A stretch of DNA of 64,000 bases from Acidobacteriota bacterium (GTDB lineage Bacteria > Acidobacteriota > UBA890 > WLXD01): assembly GCA_965248695.1 (NCBI GenBank), contig CBDFKD010000002.1, positions 5,536,001 through 5,600,000 of the forward strand, in the 5' to 3' direction. The position numbers were made by a program, and so were the translations under genes. Shown in pieces: positions 1 to 9,999 of this stretch. The notes under the pieces are model-generated. The model was given only the letters and a program-made list of their open reading frames with translations, was not told where the DNA came from and made no database searches. Within the stretch, counting starts at the first letter, position 1. Each line of letters starts with the position of its first letter.

Positions 1-686
1 AGCGACCCCGCACGTCGTGATCGCATTCCGAGACCGCTCAACGCGTACAACACCATGCAGGGCAGCAACATCAGCCCGTGTGAGAGCGAGGCCAGAAACT
101 GCACGCAGTACAGTAGCGCTGCACCGACGGCGTAGCGCAGCTTGACCGTCTCCAGATAGTGAGCGACGGCCAGAAACGCGAACGGCACCCATTGGCCGCT
201 GAGCATCTGCAGGTGCGCGAGCTGTCCGAACTTCGCTGGCCCGAAGGCCCACAGCACACCTGCGAATAGCCCCGCCGCCGTGCTTGCCGTCAGGTACCGC
301 ACCCAGAGCGCCATACCGATGCCGCTCAGGAAGAACGACATCAAGAGCGCAACGTTGTAGGCAAGGATCGGGTGCCCCGCCCAGTTGATCGGCGCCACGA
401 GAACCGCGGTAGCCAACAGGTTCTCAGACAGCGCCAGCGTATTCTTGCGCGGATAGAACGTGTTGGTATCGAACAGCGCGCCCGGATCTGAACGTAGCGC
501 ATGCGCGTCCCAGGCCATTACCCAGGTCTGGTGCAGCTCGTCGCCCATCCCCGTCAGCGTCGAGTCCGGCGACGTCCAGATGGGATAGGTGAACAGCAAC
601 GTCAGCACGGCGAACGCCGCCGCGATTGAGGCCAACACCGGGCCTTCCGGCAGAACACGGACTGGGATGCGGCTGGATGCTGGCAC
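1..686 (-). CDS. Polytopic membrane protein, GT-C/YfhO-like glycosyltransferase (3' part runs off the window)
   Basis: Not in the ORF track. Manual translation gives ...GDELHQTWVMAWDAHALRSDPGALFDTNTFYPRKNTLALSENLL...AYNVALL..., typical of this membrane family. GTG at 686 has GAGG upstream and an in-frame stop at 720-722. Confidence 0.6.
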   Translation of the reverse strand, partial: MPASSRIPVRVLPEGPVLASIAAAFAVLTLLFTYPIWTSPDSTLTGMGDELHQTWVMAWDAHALRSDPGALFDTNTFYPRKNTLALSENLLATAVLVAPINWAGHPILAYNVALLMSFFLSGIGMALWVRYLTASTAAGLFAGVLWAFGPAKFGQLAHLQMLSGQWVPFAFLAVAHYLETVKLRYAVGAALLYCVQFLASLSHGLMLLPCMVLYALSGLGMRSRRAGS

Positions 687-782
687 GCTTGCCTCGGCGC
701 TGGGGCGACCCGAGCGACCTTAGCGGCGCTCCATGGGGCGGACAAGCTCGGCTTCGTCCATCGTTACGGCAGGAGCCTCCTC

Positions 783-1775
783 ATGAGCAACCCGGATCGG
801 CACCGGGGGCTAGACTCCACCGGACACCGCCCGGGTCTTCATACGCCCGCGTACGTAGCCCCCACCGAGCCCTCGAGGCACCCGAGAATGCGATGCCGCA
901 GGAGACCCTGGCGAACGCGACCCGTTCCAATCGTGGCGCCGCTGGTTGCGCTTTCACTGCTGGCGCTCCCCCGCCTCGCGGGCGCACAGGAAGAGGCACC
1001 AGATCCGGCCGGATGGACCGGTACCGGAGAGGCTACGTTTGTGTTCACCGGTGGCAACACGGACGCGAGCAGCCTCGGTTTCCGTTTGGCGATCGGGCGC
1101 GCCTGGTCGGGCGGCAAGGTCTCGTTGGAGGGCGGCGGCATTCGCGTGCGCACCGGCACACGCACGCGCAGCGCGGTTGGCAGTCCCGACGACTTCTCGG
1201 TAGTCGAGGACACCACTAGCAGTGTCACGGCAGAGAACTACTACAGCCGCGCCCGCTTCGACCGCCCGATCAGCGATCGCTTCGAATGGCACCTGGGGGC
1301 CGGATGGGAGCGGAATCTGTTCGGTGGCATCGCCAGCCGCTACACGGTCTCGGGCGGCTTGGGACGCGTTTGGGTCGATGACGACGGCTCGCGTCTGCGC
1401 ACCGATCTGGGCCTGACATACACGCGCGAAAACTTCGTCGCTGCGGTACAGGGTGCGCAGTTCGGCGGACTGCGGTTTTCGTCGGACTACAGCCGCAAGC
1501 TCGGCGAAGCGACGACCTTTACCAGCAAGCTGATCGCCGACGAGAGCCTGGCCGACACGGCCGACCTGCGAGCCGACTTCCTCAACTCACTCGCCGTCGC
1601 CATGAGCGATCGTCTGGCGCTGAAGGTCAGCTTACAGGTGCTGTGGGACAATCGGCCGGCTCTGGTCGGCGTTCCATTGGTGTCTGCGGACGGCACGCTG
1701 TCCGGCAGCACCGTCTTGGCACCGCTCGGCAAGACGGACAGCCTGCTTACGCTGGCGCTGGTGATCAATTTCTGA
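783..1775 (+). CDS. DUF481/YdiY-like outer-membrane beta-barrel protein
   Basis: Signal peptide, GWTGTGEATFVFTGGNTD start of barrel, alternating beta-strand pattern, C-terminal Phe. AGGAG precedes 783; 888 is an alternative start. Confidence 0.75.
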   Translation: MSNPDRHRGLDSTGHRPGLHTPAYVAPTEPSRHPRMRCRRRPWRTRPVPIVAPLVALSLLALPRLAGAQEEAPDPAGWTGTGEATFVFTGGNTDASSLGFRLAIGRAWSGGKVSLEGGGIRVRTGTRTRSAVGSPDDFSVVEDTTSSVTAENYYSRARFDRPISDRFEWHLGAGWERNLFGGIASRYTVSGGLGRVWVDDDGSRLRTDLGLTYTRENFVAAVQGAQFGGLRFSSDYSRKLGEATTFTSKLIADESLADTADLRADFLNSLAVAMSDRLALKVSLQVLWDNRPALVGVPLVSADGTLSGSTVLAPLGKTDSLLTLALVINF

Positions 1776-1792
1776 GATCGGAGGTTCGCCCC

Positions 1793-2389
1793 ATGTCTGA
1801 AGCTGTGAGCGTCTACGGGTTCGAGACCTCGAACAACTTCAAGGTTCGAGTGGCGCTCGGTTACAAGGACATCCCCTACGATTTCCACACCATCTCCCCT
1901 GGCGACAGGTCCGCTGTGATCGCGGTGTCCGGCCAGCCCTTCACACCGGTGCTGGTCCACGGCGACGTCGTCATTCCCGACTCGGCGGCGATCTTGCGCT
2001 ACCTGGACGCCAACTTCCGGGATACACCTCGGCTTTTCAGCGCCGCGTACGATGAGCTGCGGGAGATCGAAGGCTGGGAAGGCTGGGGCCGGACAACCCT
2101 GGCACGGCCGCTCCTGATGCTTGTCCGTCAGCGGCGCGAGGACCGCGACGATCCGGCGGAGCGTCAGCACGCAGCCGAGTTGTTCGCTACCGCCTGTCGA
2201 CACCTGGACGAGAGCTTGGGGGACGCGGAGTGGCTCATCGGGGCGCGGCTCACTGCCGCCGATGCTACCTGCGCGCCGGTTCTCCATCGGGCCAGCGAGT
2301 CCGGCATGTTGCCACTGCCAGACGACATCAACGCCACCCTCGACTGGATGGGGCGGGTGATGGCCTACGACTCGGGCCCGACGCCGTAG
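1793..2389 (+). CDS. Glutathione S-transferase family protein
   Basis: KVRVAL, GQPFTPVL, IPDSAAILRYLD and WLIGARLTAAD motifs. GGAGG RBS before ATG 1793. Confidence 0.85.
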   Translation: MSEAVSVYGFETSNNFKVRVALGYKDIPYDFHTISPGDRSAVIAVSGQPFTPVLVHGDVVIPDSAAILRYLDANFRDTPRLFSAAYDELREIEGWEGWGRTTLARPLLMLVRQRREDRDDPAERQHAAELFATACRHLDESLGDAEWLIGARLTAADATCAPVLHRASESGMLPLPDDINATLDWMGRVMAYDSGPTP

Positions 2390-2391
2390 CG

Positions 2392-3852
2392 TCAGGACCC
2401 GGGAGCCTCCCATGGGGTAGCCTCGAACACCTCGAATGCAGCCCGGAGCCGGCCGAGCAAATTCTCCTTCTCGACTCCGGGCAAGAAGCTATATTCGATA
2501 CTGTTCAGCGCCAGCATCTTCAGTGTCCGATAAGACACCTCGTCGTTGCGTGCCGCGAGCGCGAACTGCTGCTGCAAATCCGAGAACATCGGTCCCGGAT
2601 CGTCGGTCGACAGGGCCACAGGCACACCCGCCGCCAGGTAGTCGAGCAACGCGTGCCCTACGGGTCCCACACCGAGCAGCTGACGGTTGCTCTCGAGATT
2701 GATCTCCACCGCGGTGCCCCGCTGTTTCATCGTCTCCAGCAGGCGGGTCGCGTCGGGGTCGGCACGCAGAGCTACCGCATGCCCGACCCGATCTGCATCT
2801 GCGCCACCGGCCGACGCCGGCGCGACCGCGAGCGCGATGTGGCTCTGAGCGCCGAGAACCGTGGCAAGCCGCTCGGTCATCTCGCCGGCGTGTAGCGTTC
2901 GTTTCACACCCGGGTAGTAGGCCGCCATTTCGCCGAACATCCTCATATGGAGCTTGTAGTCTCCAACCGACACCGGGTGCGTCTCCGGGCCCGCAAAGTT
3001 GATCCCGACCACGAGCGGGCTTGCCTGCGCGATCTCGTACGCCAGCAGCAGGCGCACGAAGACCCGTGTCGGATCCACGGTGCGGACAAGTATTTGCTGG
3101 AAACGCACCAGGACGTCGCATCCTGGGTCAGGCCGATCGCCGCCACAACCGAGAAGCTGGTCCGAACGGGCCAGCTCCCGAGGCATCGCCTCCACAGTGG
3201 CGTCGCGGATCTCGGCAAAGAGCGGATGCGCTACAACCCTGTTGCGTAGCGTGTTGAGGTCGTCATCCCATTGGACCGCGCGGATCAGGTCGGCGCGCGC
3301 GTCGGCGGCGGGCGTGTAGCCGCTCGACGTCTCCAGATACATCACGCCCTGACGTGCCGCCAGCGACCTGACAGCGGCTAGCATGCGGGGAAAATCGCGC
3401 CGCGCCAGGGCAGACTGGCCAAAGGTGGTGAAGAAATAGTCGTTGGCATCGATGCGATCGATCGCGGCGTCGTTCGCCAGGTAATCCTGCATCGACCAGC
3501 GGCGCTCGATCTCGCCATGAAACACCGCGTCTTCCAGTGCCTCCGCCACCGGCCGCTGGCCCGCTGCACAGGGCGGTTCCGTCAGGCTCCAAACGAGCTC
3601 CTCGGCGGTCGGCAGACACAGCCCATCCTGTGCGGCCATCCGAATGAGCGTCGCCGGGCGAATGCCGCCAGAGGCGTGATGGTGCAGGTCTCCGCCTAGC
3701 GGCATCTGTCGGAGAAACTGGTCGAGTTGGGCCGGGTCATGGCGAATACGCTCGAAGTGCGCTCCGGTAGCAGCTTCCGGATCGCCGGCCGGTCCGCTAC
3801 CGCAGCCGACGCCGAAGACGATCAGGGACACCGCAACGCCGAGAGATCTCAT
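2392..3852 (-). CDS. Adenosine deaminase family protein with lipoprotein-type signal peptide
   Basis: DLHHH, TLHAGE, RVGHA and STDDP metal/catalytic motifs. N-terminus MRSLGVAVSLIVFGVGC is lipobox-like. GAGGT RBS before ATG 3852. Confidence 0.85.
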   Translation of the reverse strand: MRSLGVAVSLIVFGVGCGSGPAGDPEAATGAHFERIRHDPAQLDQFLRQMPLGGDLHHHASGGIRPATLIRMAAQDGLCLPTAEELVWSLTEPPCAAGQRPVAEALEDAVFHGEIERRWSMQDYLANDAAIDRIDANDYFFTTFGQSALARRDFPRMLAAVRSLAARQGVMYLETSSGYTPAADARADLIRAVQWDDDLNTLRNRVVAHPLFAEIRDATVEAMPRELARSDQLLGCGGDRPDPGCDVLVRFQQILVRTVDPTRVFVRLLLAYEIAQASPLVVGINFAGPETHPVSVGDYKLHMRMFGEMAAYYPGVKRTLHAGEMTERLATVLGAQSHIALAVAPASAGGADADRVGHAVALRADPDATRLLETMKQRGTAVEINLESNRQLLGVGPVGHALLDYLAAGVPVALSTDDPGPMFSDLQQQFALAARNDEVSYRTLKMLALNSIEYSFLPGVEKENLLGRLRAAFEVFEATPWEAPGS

Positions 3853-3920
3853 GACCTCACCGTGGAGCCGTTCGTCGGGTTGGCGGCATCCGGGCTCATC
3901 CTCGCAGGCAGCTCGCCACA

Positions 3921-4898
3921 CTATTGTTGCGCGCTCTTGCCGGTGTAGGAGCCCAGCTTCCGCTCGCCGTCACACAACGGCTCGTGCGAAAGATCGAGAT
4001 TGGGTACCCGAGCGACGCTCTCCAGGACAATCGGCACCGCTCCGGCAGTGATGCGAGCCACAGCATCGCGCATGTCCTCATAGTCAAAGGGCCGCACCCC
4101 CATCGCAGGGTTGGAAACCGAGTTCAACACGGCAAATCGTATGCCTAGCTGCCGCGCGTAGACCGCTTCCGTACCGACGTTGTGGGTAACGAAATCTGCC
4201 CCCCACGTACGCATCATGCGGATCTCCGCCGGAGTCTCGAACCGACCCGGGTCGTCCTGCACCATGGTCGCGGTACGGTGCACTCGGCCGCTGTATTGCT
4301 GTTCAGCAACCTCGATCAGCAAGTCCCGGATCTGGGGGCAAAATGGCCGATCGAAGGTGGCAAAGAAATCGCGGCCGCGGGCGGCAATTACCTCGTCCCG
4401 GTCCGCCACCGCTCGCAGAATGCTCTGCGGTCGCTGGTTTCCGACGACGATAAGATCATCAACAACCACCAGGTCGTCGAAGTCATACCCCGTGTTGATC
4501 GAGCCCCCGGTGGCACCACCGAACGCCACCCGCACGCCCAGCTCGTACAGCGCCAACCAGGTCTTGACGAAATGCCACCCGGGCGGCTCGCCGGCAACAC
4601 GTGCCTCACTCCCATGCATCCGCACGTAGTAGAACGGCACGCCCTTGAAGCGCATGCGATAGATCGGCGGGCTCTCTCCGGCCGCCGTCTGCACGGTAAG
4701 GTCACCCTCTTCTTCGACGAGGCCCTTGCCGAAGGAAGCCGGCTCACCGAACGAGGTGCCTCCGACGACGGCGACGATCACTTGATCGTCAGCCTCGTCC
4801 TGTACTGGCACCGCCATCGTCGCCGCGTCCGCGGTGACGAGAATCAACAGCATGACGAGTATGCCGGCTACGGGCGCCGTTCGCGCGCCGTCGATCAT
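3921..4898 (-). CDS. MTAP/MTIP-family purine nucleoside phosphorylase with predicted signal peptide
   Basis: VVGGTS, RMHG, GGSI, PGRFETPAEIRM and VSN motifs. Hydrophobic N-terminus ending in ADA-A. GGAGG RBS. Confidence 0.8.
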   Translation of the reverse strand: MIDGARTAPVAGILVMLLILVTADAATMAVPVQDEADDQVIVAVVGGTSFGEPASFGKGLVEEEGDLTVQTAAGESPPIYRMRFKGVPFYYVRMHGSEARVAGEPPGWHFVKTWLALYELGVRVAFGGATGGSINTGYDFDDLVVVDDLIVVGNQRPQSILRAVADRDEVIAARGRDFFATFDRPFCPQIRDLLIEVAEQQYSGRVHRTATMVQDDPGRFETPAEIRMMRTWGADFVTHNVGTEAVYARQLGIRFAVLNSVSNPAMGVRPFDYEDMRDAVARITAGAVPIVLESVARVPNLDLSHEPLCDGERKLGSYTGKSAQQ

Positions 4899-5014
4899 GA
4901 CGCCTCCTCCCTCTCTGGCGTTTCGCCGCTCTTGAGGTTGTCTTCCGTTGTCTGCAACGTTGAATCAGCTCCGGGAGAGGGATTCAAGCCAGAGTCGCGG
5001 AATGTTGCCGTGCC

Positions 5015-6418
5015 GAGATATAACCGGAAGTTGTGGATGGGAGGAAAAAGAAAGGCGGCGTAACCTTCGCTGGGATCATCAACAACCAGCAGCCGGCTGT
5101 GGAGGCCGGGAAGGAGACGCCACCCGTGCTCAAGATTATCGGTGGATCGGACGCGGAGGAAGGACAGCTGACACTGGACGTCGATGAGCTCGCCCGGCAG
5201 GGCGCGCTGCAGATGCTGGCAACAGCACTGGAGTGGGAGGTTCAGGAGTATATCCAGAGCCACGCCGGGCAACTGGATGAAGCCGGCCGTCGGCAAGTGG
5301 TACGCAACGGTCGGGCTCGCGCACGCAAGATCACGTTGGGGTGCGGGACGGTGCAAGTAGCCGCGCCACGGGTCAACGACAAGCGGCTCGACGAGCAGGG
5401 ACTGAGGCAGCGGTTCAGCAGTCGGATCCTGCCGCCCTACATGCGGCGCTCGCCGAAGGTGGCGGAGGTGCTGCCGGTGCTGTACCTGCGGGGCCTGTCG
5501 ACGGGCGACTTCAAGGAGGCGCTGCCGATCTTACTGGGACAGGAAGCCAGCGGGCTGTCGGCATCGGCGATCTGCCGGCTGACGAACGCCTGGAGCACGG
5601 AGTACGAGGCATTCCGGAAGCTGGATCTGTCCACCAAGCAGTACGTATACGTGTGGGCGGACGGTGTGCACTTCAACATTCGACTCGAGGATGATCGGCT
5701 GTGCACGCTGGTGATCCTGGGCGTTTTGCCGGACGGAACCAAGGAGCTCATCGCGGTCGAGGACGGGTATCGAGAGAGCACCGAGAGCTGGGCGTTCGTG
5801 CTCCGGGAGCTGAAGCGTCGAGGCATGCGGGCGCCGCTCGTGGCAGTGGGTGATGGGGCGCTGGGGTTCTGGGCGGCGGTGCGGGATGTATGGCCCCAGA
5901 CTCGAGAGCAACGATGCTGGGTGCATCGGCTTGGCAACGTGCTCGACAAGCTACCGAGGCGGCTGCAGGCCAAAGCCAAGCGCGCGCTGCACGAGATCAT
6001 CGGTGCGCCAACGCGCGAGGATGCTCAGGAGGGCATGGCGCGGTTCGCAGCCGACTACGGCGCCAAGTACTCCAAGGCCGTGGCGTCGTTGCAACGCGAC
6101 TCCGACAAGCTGCTGACGTTCTACGACTTCCCCGCCGACCACTGGGTTCATCTGCGCACGGCCAACCCGATCGAGTCGGCGTTCGCCACCGTACGCCTGA
6201 GACAACGCGTCACCAAGGGCGCCGGCTCACGCACCAAGGCGCTGACGATGGCATTCAAGCTCCTGGAGATGGCACAGCAACGATGGCGCCGCATCAACGC
6301 TCCTCACCTCACTGCCCTCGTACTCGAGGGCGCCACATTCGTCGATGGAGTTCACCTGATCGCTAGCGAAGACGCCGCCTGAACAAATCCACCGATCCAC
6401 AACATTTGCAAATAACTC
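5015..6418 (+). mobile_element. IS256-family insertion sequence
   Basis: Imperfect terminal IRs GAGATATAACCGGAAGTTGTGGAT / GAGTTATTTGCAAATGTTGTGGAT (17/24 match) around a Mutator-type transposase. No target duplication visible. Confidence 0.9.
5033..6382 (+). CDS. IS256-family transposase
   Basis: RNG, LYLRGLSTGDF, WADG, GDGALGFW, QRCWVH and RTANPIESAF motifs. Exact start uncertain. Confidence 0.95.
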   Translation: MDGRKKKGGVTFAGIINNQQPAVEAGKETPPVLKIIGGSDAEEGQLTLDVDELARQGALQMLATALEWEVQEYIQSHAGQLDEAGRRQVVRNGRARARKITLGCGTVQVAAPRVNDKRLDEQGLRQRFSSRILPPYMRRSPKVAEVLPVLYLRGLSTGDFKEALPILLGQEASGLSASAICRLTNAWSTEYEAFRKLDLSTKQYVYVWADGVHFNIRLEDDRLCTLVILGVLPDGTKELIAVEDGYRESTESWAFVLRELKRRGMRAPLVAVGDGALGFWAAVRDVWPQTREQRCWVHRLGNVLDKLPRRLQAKAKRALHEIIGAPTREDAQEGMARFAADYGAKYSKAVASLQRDSDKLLTFYDFPADHWVHLRTANPIESAFATVRLRQRVTKGAGSRTKALTMAFKLLEMAQQRWRRINAPHLTALVLEGATFVDGVHLIASEDAA

Positions 6419-6709
6419 GGTCGTCATCAAGCCAACTACTGCAGTGCCGTCGCGAAGGAGAGAATCGAGGGGCTGTTTTTCCTGATCGAGTGCGGACTGT
6501 AGTTGAAGGTTCGGGATCTGTTCGCCCGGTGTTAGGTCGCGCGACGTGGTCTGGCGCTCCGCAAGTGCTGCTTTGAGCGCACGATTCTGGTCGGCGAGTA
6601 TCCAAATCACTGCCGTTGCGCTCACGGCGGCGATCAGAACGAGAGCCGGCCCAACCCAGTCACGCGATACAAACTGCTTACGTATCGGCAAATCTGTTTC
6701 ACTCCTCAC
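6419..6709 (-). pseudogene. 5' fragment of a membrane-anchored redoxin/TlpA-like gene, cut by IS256
   Basis: TM helix, short coiled coil, then LTPGEQIPNLQL...AVVGLMTT, stopping exactly at the IS256 end where a CxxC would be expected. Confidence 0.5.
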
Positions 6710-6754
6710 GGCAGCGTCCTTGACCTGACCCCGCGGTTAGTACCATGTCTTATC

Positions 6755-7648
6755 TCAGTAACTCGGTGCTGACAAGAGGTTGTTGAGGCCGGCGAAGCGG
6801 AGCGCAGCCGGCTTCAACAACGTCGCTTCGGGTGCGGGCGGCCGATAGCTCAGCGAGCTGTGCGGTCGCATGCGGTTGTAGTGCTGACGCCATCTCTCGA
6901 TCAGAACCTTTGCCTCCTTGAGCGTGTAGAAGATCTCTCCATCCAGCAGCTCGTCGCGTAGCTTGCCGTTGAAGCTCTCCACGTAACCGTTCTCCCACGG
7001 CGAGCCCGGCTCGATGAACAGCGTCCCCACGCCCAACCGGCCCAGCCAGTCGCGAACCGCCTCGGCGGTGAACTCTGGTCCGTTATCCGACCGGATGTGC
7101 TCAGGTATGCCCCGGTGTACGAACAACCTCCCGAGCTGCTCCAGCACGTCCTCAGAGTTGAGCTTCCGTGCTACATGGATCGCCAGGCTTTCTCGTGTGT
7201 ACTCATCGACGATCGTCAGCAGCCTCATAGCCCGACCGTCGTGCGTCCGGTGGTGCAGGAAGTCATACGCCCAGACATGATCCCGGTGCTGTGGGCGCAG
7301 CCGGATGCAGGAGCCATCGCTCAGCCACAGCCGTGCTCGTTTGGGCTGTTTTCTCGGTACTTTCAGCCCTTCGCGCCGCCAGATACGCTGCACTCGTTTG
7401 TGGTTCACGGACCAGCCCTCCATGCGCAGCAACGCTGTCACCCTCCGATATCCGTAGCGCCCGTACTGTCGGGCTAAATCCACGATCCGCTCCGTCAAAA
7501 TCTGCTCCTGTTGCGGCTCTCTTGGCACGTACCGGTGTGTCGTGCGTGGTTGTTTCAGTACCCGACACGCCCGCCTCTCCGAGACGCCCAGCCGCCCCCG
7601 TACATGTGCCACCGCCTCTCGCCGCCGAGCTGGGCTCAGAAGTTTCCC
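6755..7648 (-). CDS. IS3 transposase OrfB (DDE), reached by -1 frameshift
   Basis: WAYDF, RSDNGPEF and PWENGYVESFNG motifs. G-GGA-AAC slippery site at 7642-7648. Confidence 0.93.
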   Translation of the reverse strand, partial: GKLLSPARRREAVAHVRGRLGVSERRACRVLKQPRTTHRYVPREPQQEQILTERIVDLARQYGRYGYRRVTALLRMEGWSVNHKRVQRIWRREGLKVPRKQPKRARLWLSDGSCIRLRPQHRDHVWAYDFLHHRTHDGRAMRLLTIVDEYTRESLAIHVARKLNSEDVLEQLGRLFVHRGIPEHIRSDNGPEFTAEAVRDWLGRLGVGTLFIEPGSPWENGYVESFNGKLRDELLDGEIFYTLKEAKVLIERWRQHYNRMRPHSSLSYRPPAPEATLLKPAALRFAGLNNLLSAPSY

Positions 7649-7914
7649 TCCGCCACTTCCTTCAGGATCGACAGGTCGAGTTCCTTTTCCGCCACCAGCC
7701 TCTTGAGCCGGGCATTCTCCTTCTCCAGTTGCTTGAGCTTTCTGGCCTGGTTGAGCTTCAGTCCGCCGTACTCTCGCCGCCACCGGTAGTAGGTGTGCTC
7801 GGTGATTGCTAGCTTGCGGCAGGCATCCTTGACCGTCGCCCCTCGAGCCAGCTCCACCTCAGCCTCCCGGAGCTTGCGTACGATCTGCTCGGCGCTGTGC
7901 CTCTTACTCGGCAT
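7636..7914 (-). CDS. IS3 transposase OrfA
   Basis: HTH with TYYRWRREYGG, leucine zipper LEKENARLKRLVAE, ends EGNF. Confidence 0.95.
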   Translation of the reverse strand: MPSKRHSAEQIVRKLREAEVELARGATVKDACRKLAITEHTYYRWRREYGGLKLNQARKLKQLEKENARLKRLVAEKELDLSILKEVAEGNF

Positions 7915-7981
7915 TCTGACCTCCCGTTCTTGACCCAGATCGTGAGATTACATCCGGATCCGTTTTCGGGGGTCAGGTCAA

Positions 7982-8512
7982 GAGCGCTTCGTCCCCGGCG
8001 GCATCCGCCACCTCGCCTATGCCAACCACCCGCTACCGATCGGCTACGACCAGACCATCTCGCAGCCCTATATCGTAGCGTTGATGACAGAGCTGATCGA
8101 TCCACAACCCACTGACCGCGTGCCGGAGATCGGCACCGGCTCCGGCTACCAGGCCGCCGTCCTGGCCGAGCTTGGCTCGGAGGTGTTCACTATCGAGATC
8201 ATTCCGGAACTCGCCGCCTCCGCGGTCACGCTGCTCGGTGAACTCGGCTACGACCGTGTCCACGTTCGTCACGGTGACGGGTACATGGGTTGGCCTGACG
8301 AAGCTCCGTTCGACCAGGTGATTGTGACGGCTGCGCCGGAAGAGATCCCTATGGCGCTCGTGGAACAACTCCGCACCGGGGGGAGAATGGTGCTGCCGGT
8401 GGGTCCTCAGGGCGGGGTGCAGCAACTGGTCTTGCTGCGTAAGACCAATGAGGGCGCCGTGCGTCAGGAGCGTGTCATCTCGGTGCGATTCGTCCCCATG
8501 GTGCGGCAATAG
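7982..8512 (+). pseudogene. pcm: 5'-truncated protein-L-isoaspartate O-methyltransferase
   Basis: The frame opens right at the IS end with ERFVP...AYANHPLPIGYDQTISQPYIVALMT. EIGTGSGYQAA and VRFVPM present. N-terminus missing. Confidence 0.85.
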
Positions 8513-8578
8513 AGGCTGCTGTCGGGCCGGCGGCCCTGACGCTACCGGATCCATGCAAACTGCGGGTGGACCGGATAG

Positions 8579-9214
8579 TTAGGGGCGGCCGCTTGACTCA
8601 CCCACCGCCGCACGGCGGCTGATGTCGAGAGCATCGCGCACATGCTGGGGGTAAAACCCGCTGCCCTGCGAGCCGGAGATCGTGTAATTGTGACGCCCGG
8701 CATCCCGCGACAAGAAGGCGATCTCGACTCGGCCGGTAACTATATCGACGCCCTTACCCTCGGCGTGGGCACCGAACGTGCGATATGTCCAGATGAGCCC
8801 GCTGCCACCGCCCATGGCCCGCTCGCCATCCGGCAACCCGAGGGTCACCGCAATGCGGCCGCGGTCGGACTTCCAGCCGCGGAGCCGCGTGTCCCGGTAC
8901 CTGCGGTTGGCATGGGCAACGCGCTCGTAGAACCCGTCTTTGAACGGGTTGCCCGGAGCTCCGAGATCGGCGTCACGGCGATCCCAGAAACGGGTGATGA
9001 AAGCAGCGCGCTGTTCGGAGGTCTCTAGCGTGTTCCACTCAGCGAGCTCCTCCTCGAGAATCAGGTAGTTTGCCGGGCCATCCAGCCAGCGGTCGGGGTC
9101 GCCCTCGTCGAGGGTCATCGCCTCGGCGGCGGTCCTCGGAAGCTGGTTGGGCGCTGCAGCCGCCGGCCCCGTTGACAGCGCCAGCGTTAGCACGGTCGCC
9201 AAGAGAACGCTCAC
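8579..9214 (-). CDS. GWxTD-domain exported protein
   Basis: Signal peptide, FITRFWDRRD, ERVAHAN, GWKSDRGRIAVTLGLPD. GGAGG RBS. Confidence 0.8.
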   Translation of the reverse strand: MSVLLATVLTLALSTGPAAAAPNQLPRTAAEAMTLDEGDPDRWLDGPANYLILEEELAEWNTLETSEQRAAFITRFWDRRDADLGAPGNPFKDGFYERVAHANRRYRDTRLRGWKSDRGRIAVTLGLPDGERAMGGGSGLIWTYRTFGAHAEGKGVDIVTGRVEIAFLSRDAGRHNYTISGSQGSGFYPQHVRDALDISRRAAVGESSGRP

Positions 9215-9539
9215 GTCACCCTCCTATCGTTTTCGCACGACGGACGCGATAGACAATAGACCGCGAATGGCCCTGAACGCTCGGCGACCACACCTTTGGC
9301 GACGCCGCACCGACGAGCCCAGACTGAAACCTTACGAATCCCGTCGTGGTCGGCAAGGGAAATCACCTGAAACGGATTGACGTCATGATCCGTCCGGATG
9401 CCTCGGAGTTCAGCAAGCTGGCGGAGCGCTGCAAGCCGTTCCCAGGATAGGGGCTGCTCGGCACCCTCTGACCATCGACGTTGGAGAGGTTGTACGGTAG
9501 GAGTTCGCGACGTAGAAGCACCCAACAGGAGACACGAGC

Positions 9540-9986
9540 ATGATGGACCGTCGACTCGCCCTACTGATCGTGGTGATTCTGTTGGCGGTCGCACCGCCCG
9601 TACTCGCCCAACAGGAAACGGTCGTCTTTCGAGGTGACCCCTTCACCCGCTCTCTGAGTAACATGGAAGAGGACGTGAGGGACGATCAGGCGGGCGTCTC
9701 ACCGGAGCTCGTGATCACGAACCGCAATGGCGAGTACTTCTGGGCTAGTCAGGACGACGCGCAGCTCATCCACTTCGAAGACGGTCCGCACCACGTGTTC
9801 ATTTCTCCGTCGGGCGGGTACATCAAGATCCTGGATACCGAGGCTCCGGGTGCAGAACCAATCCCGCTACCCAGAGGTGCAGGGTCCCGTCGGTTCGTCT
9901 ATGTGGCGCACAGGATCGAGGGAGTTCACGTACTGACTACGTGGGGTTTCGGCGAGCAGATCACGCCGACCCGAGTGGGACTGTAG
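9540..9986 (+). CDS. Hypothetical exported protein
   Basis: AGGAG RBS and a clear signal peptide (…PVLA-Q). Confidence 0.65.
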   Translation: MMDRRLALLIVVILLAVAPPVLAQQETVVFRGDPFTRSLSNMEEDVRDDQAGVSPELVITNRNGEYFWASQDDAQLIHFEDGPHHVFISPSGGYIKILDTEAPGAEPIPLPRGAGSRRFVYVAHRIEGVHVLTTWGFGEQITPTRVGL

Positions 9987-9999
9987 CCAGGACTGCTGA

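Larger units (their letters stand above)
6721..7980 (-). mobile_element. IS3-family (IS407-group-like) element, copy 1, 1260 bp
   Basis: TG...CA ends with a 12-bp perfect IR TGACCTGACCCC; orfA and orfB present. Confidence 0.95.
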
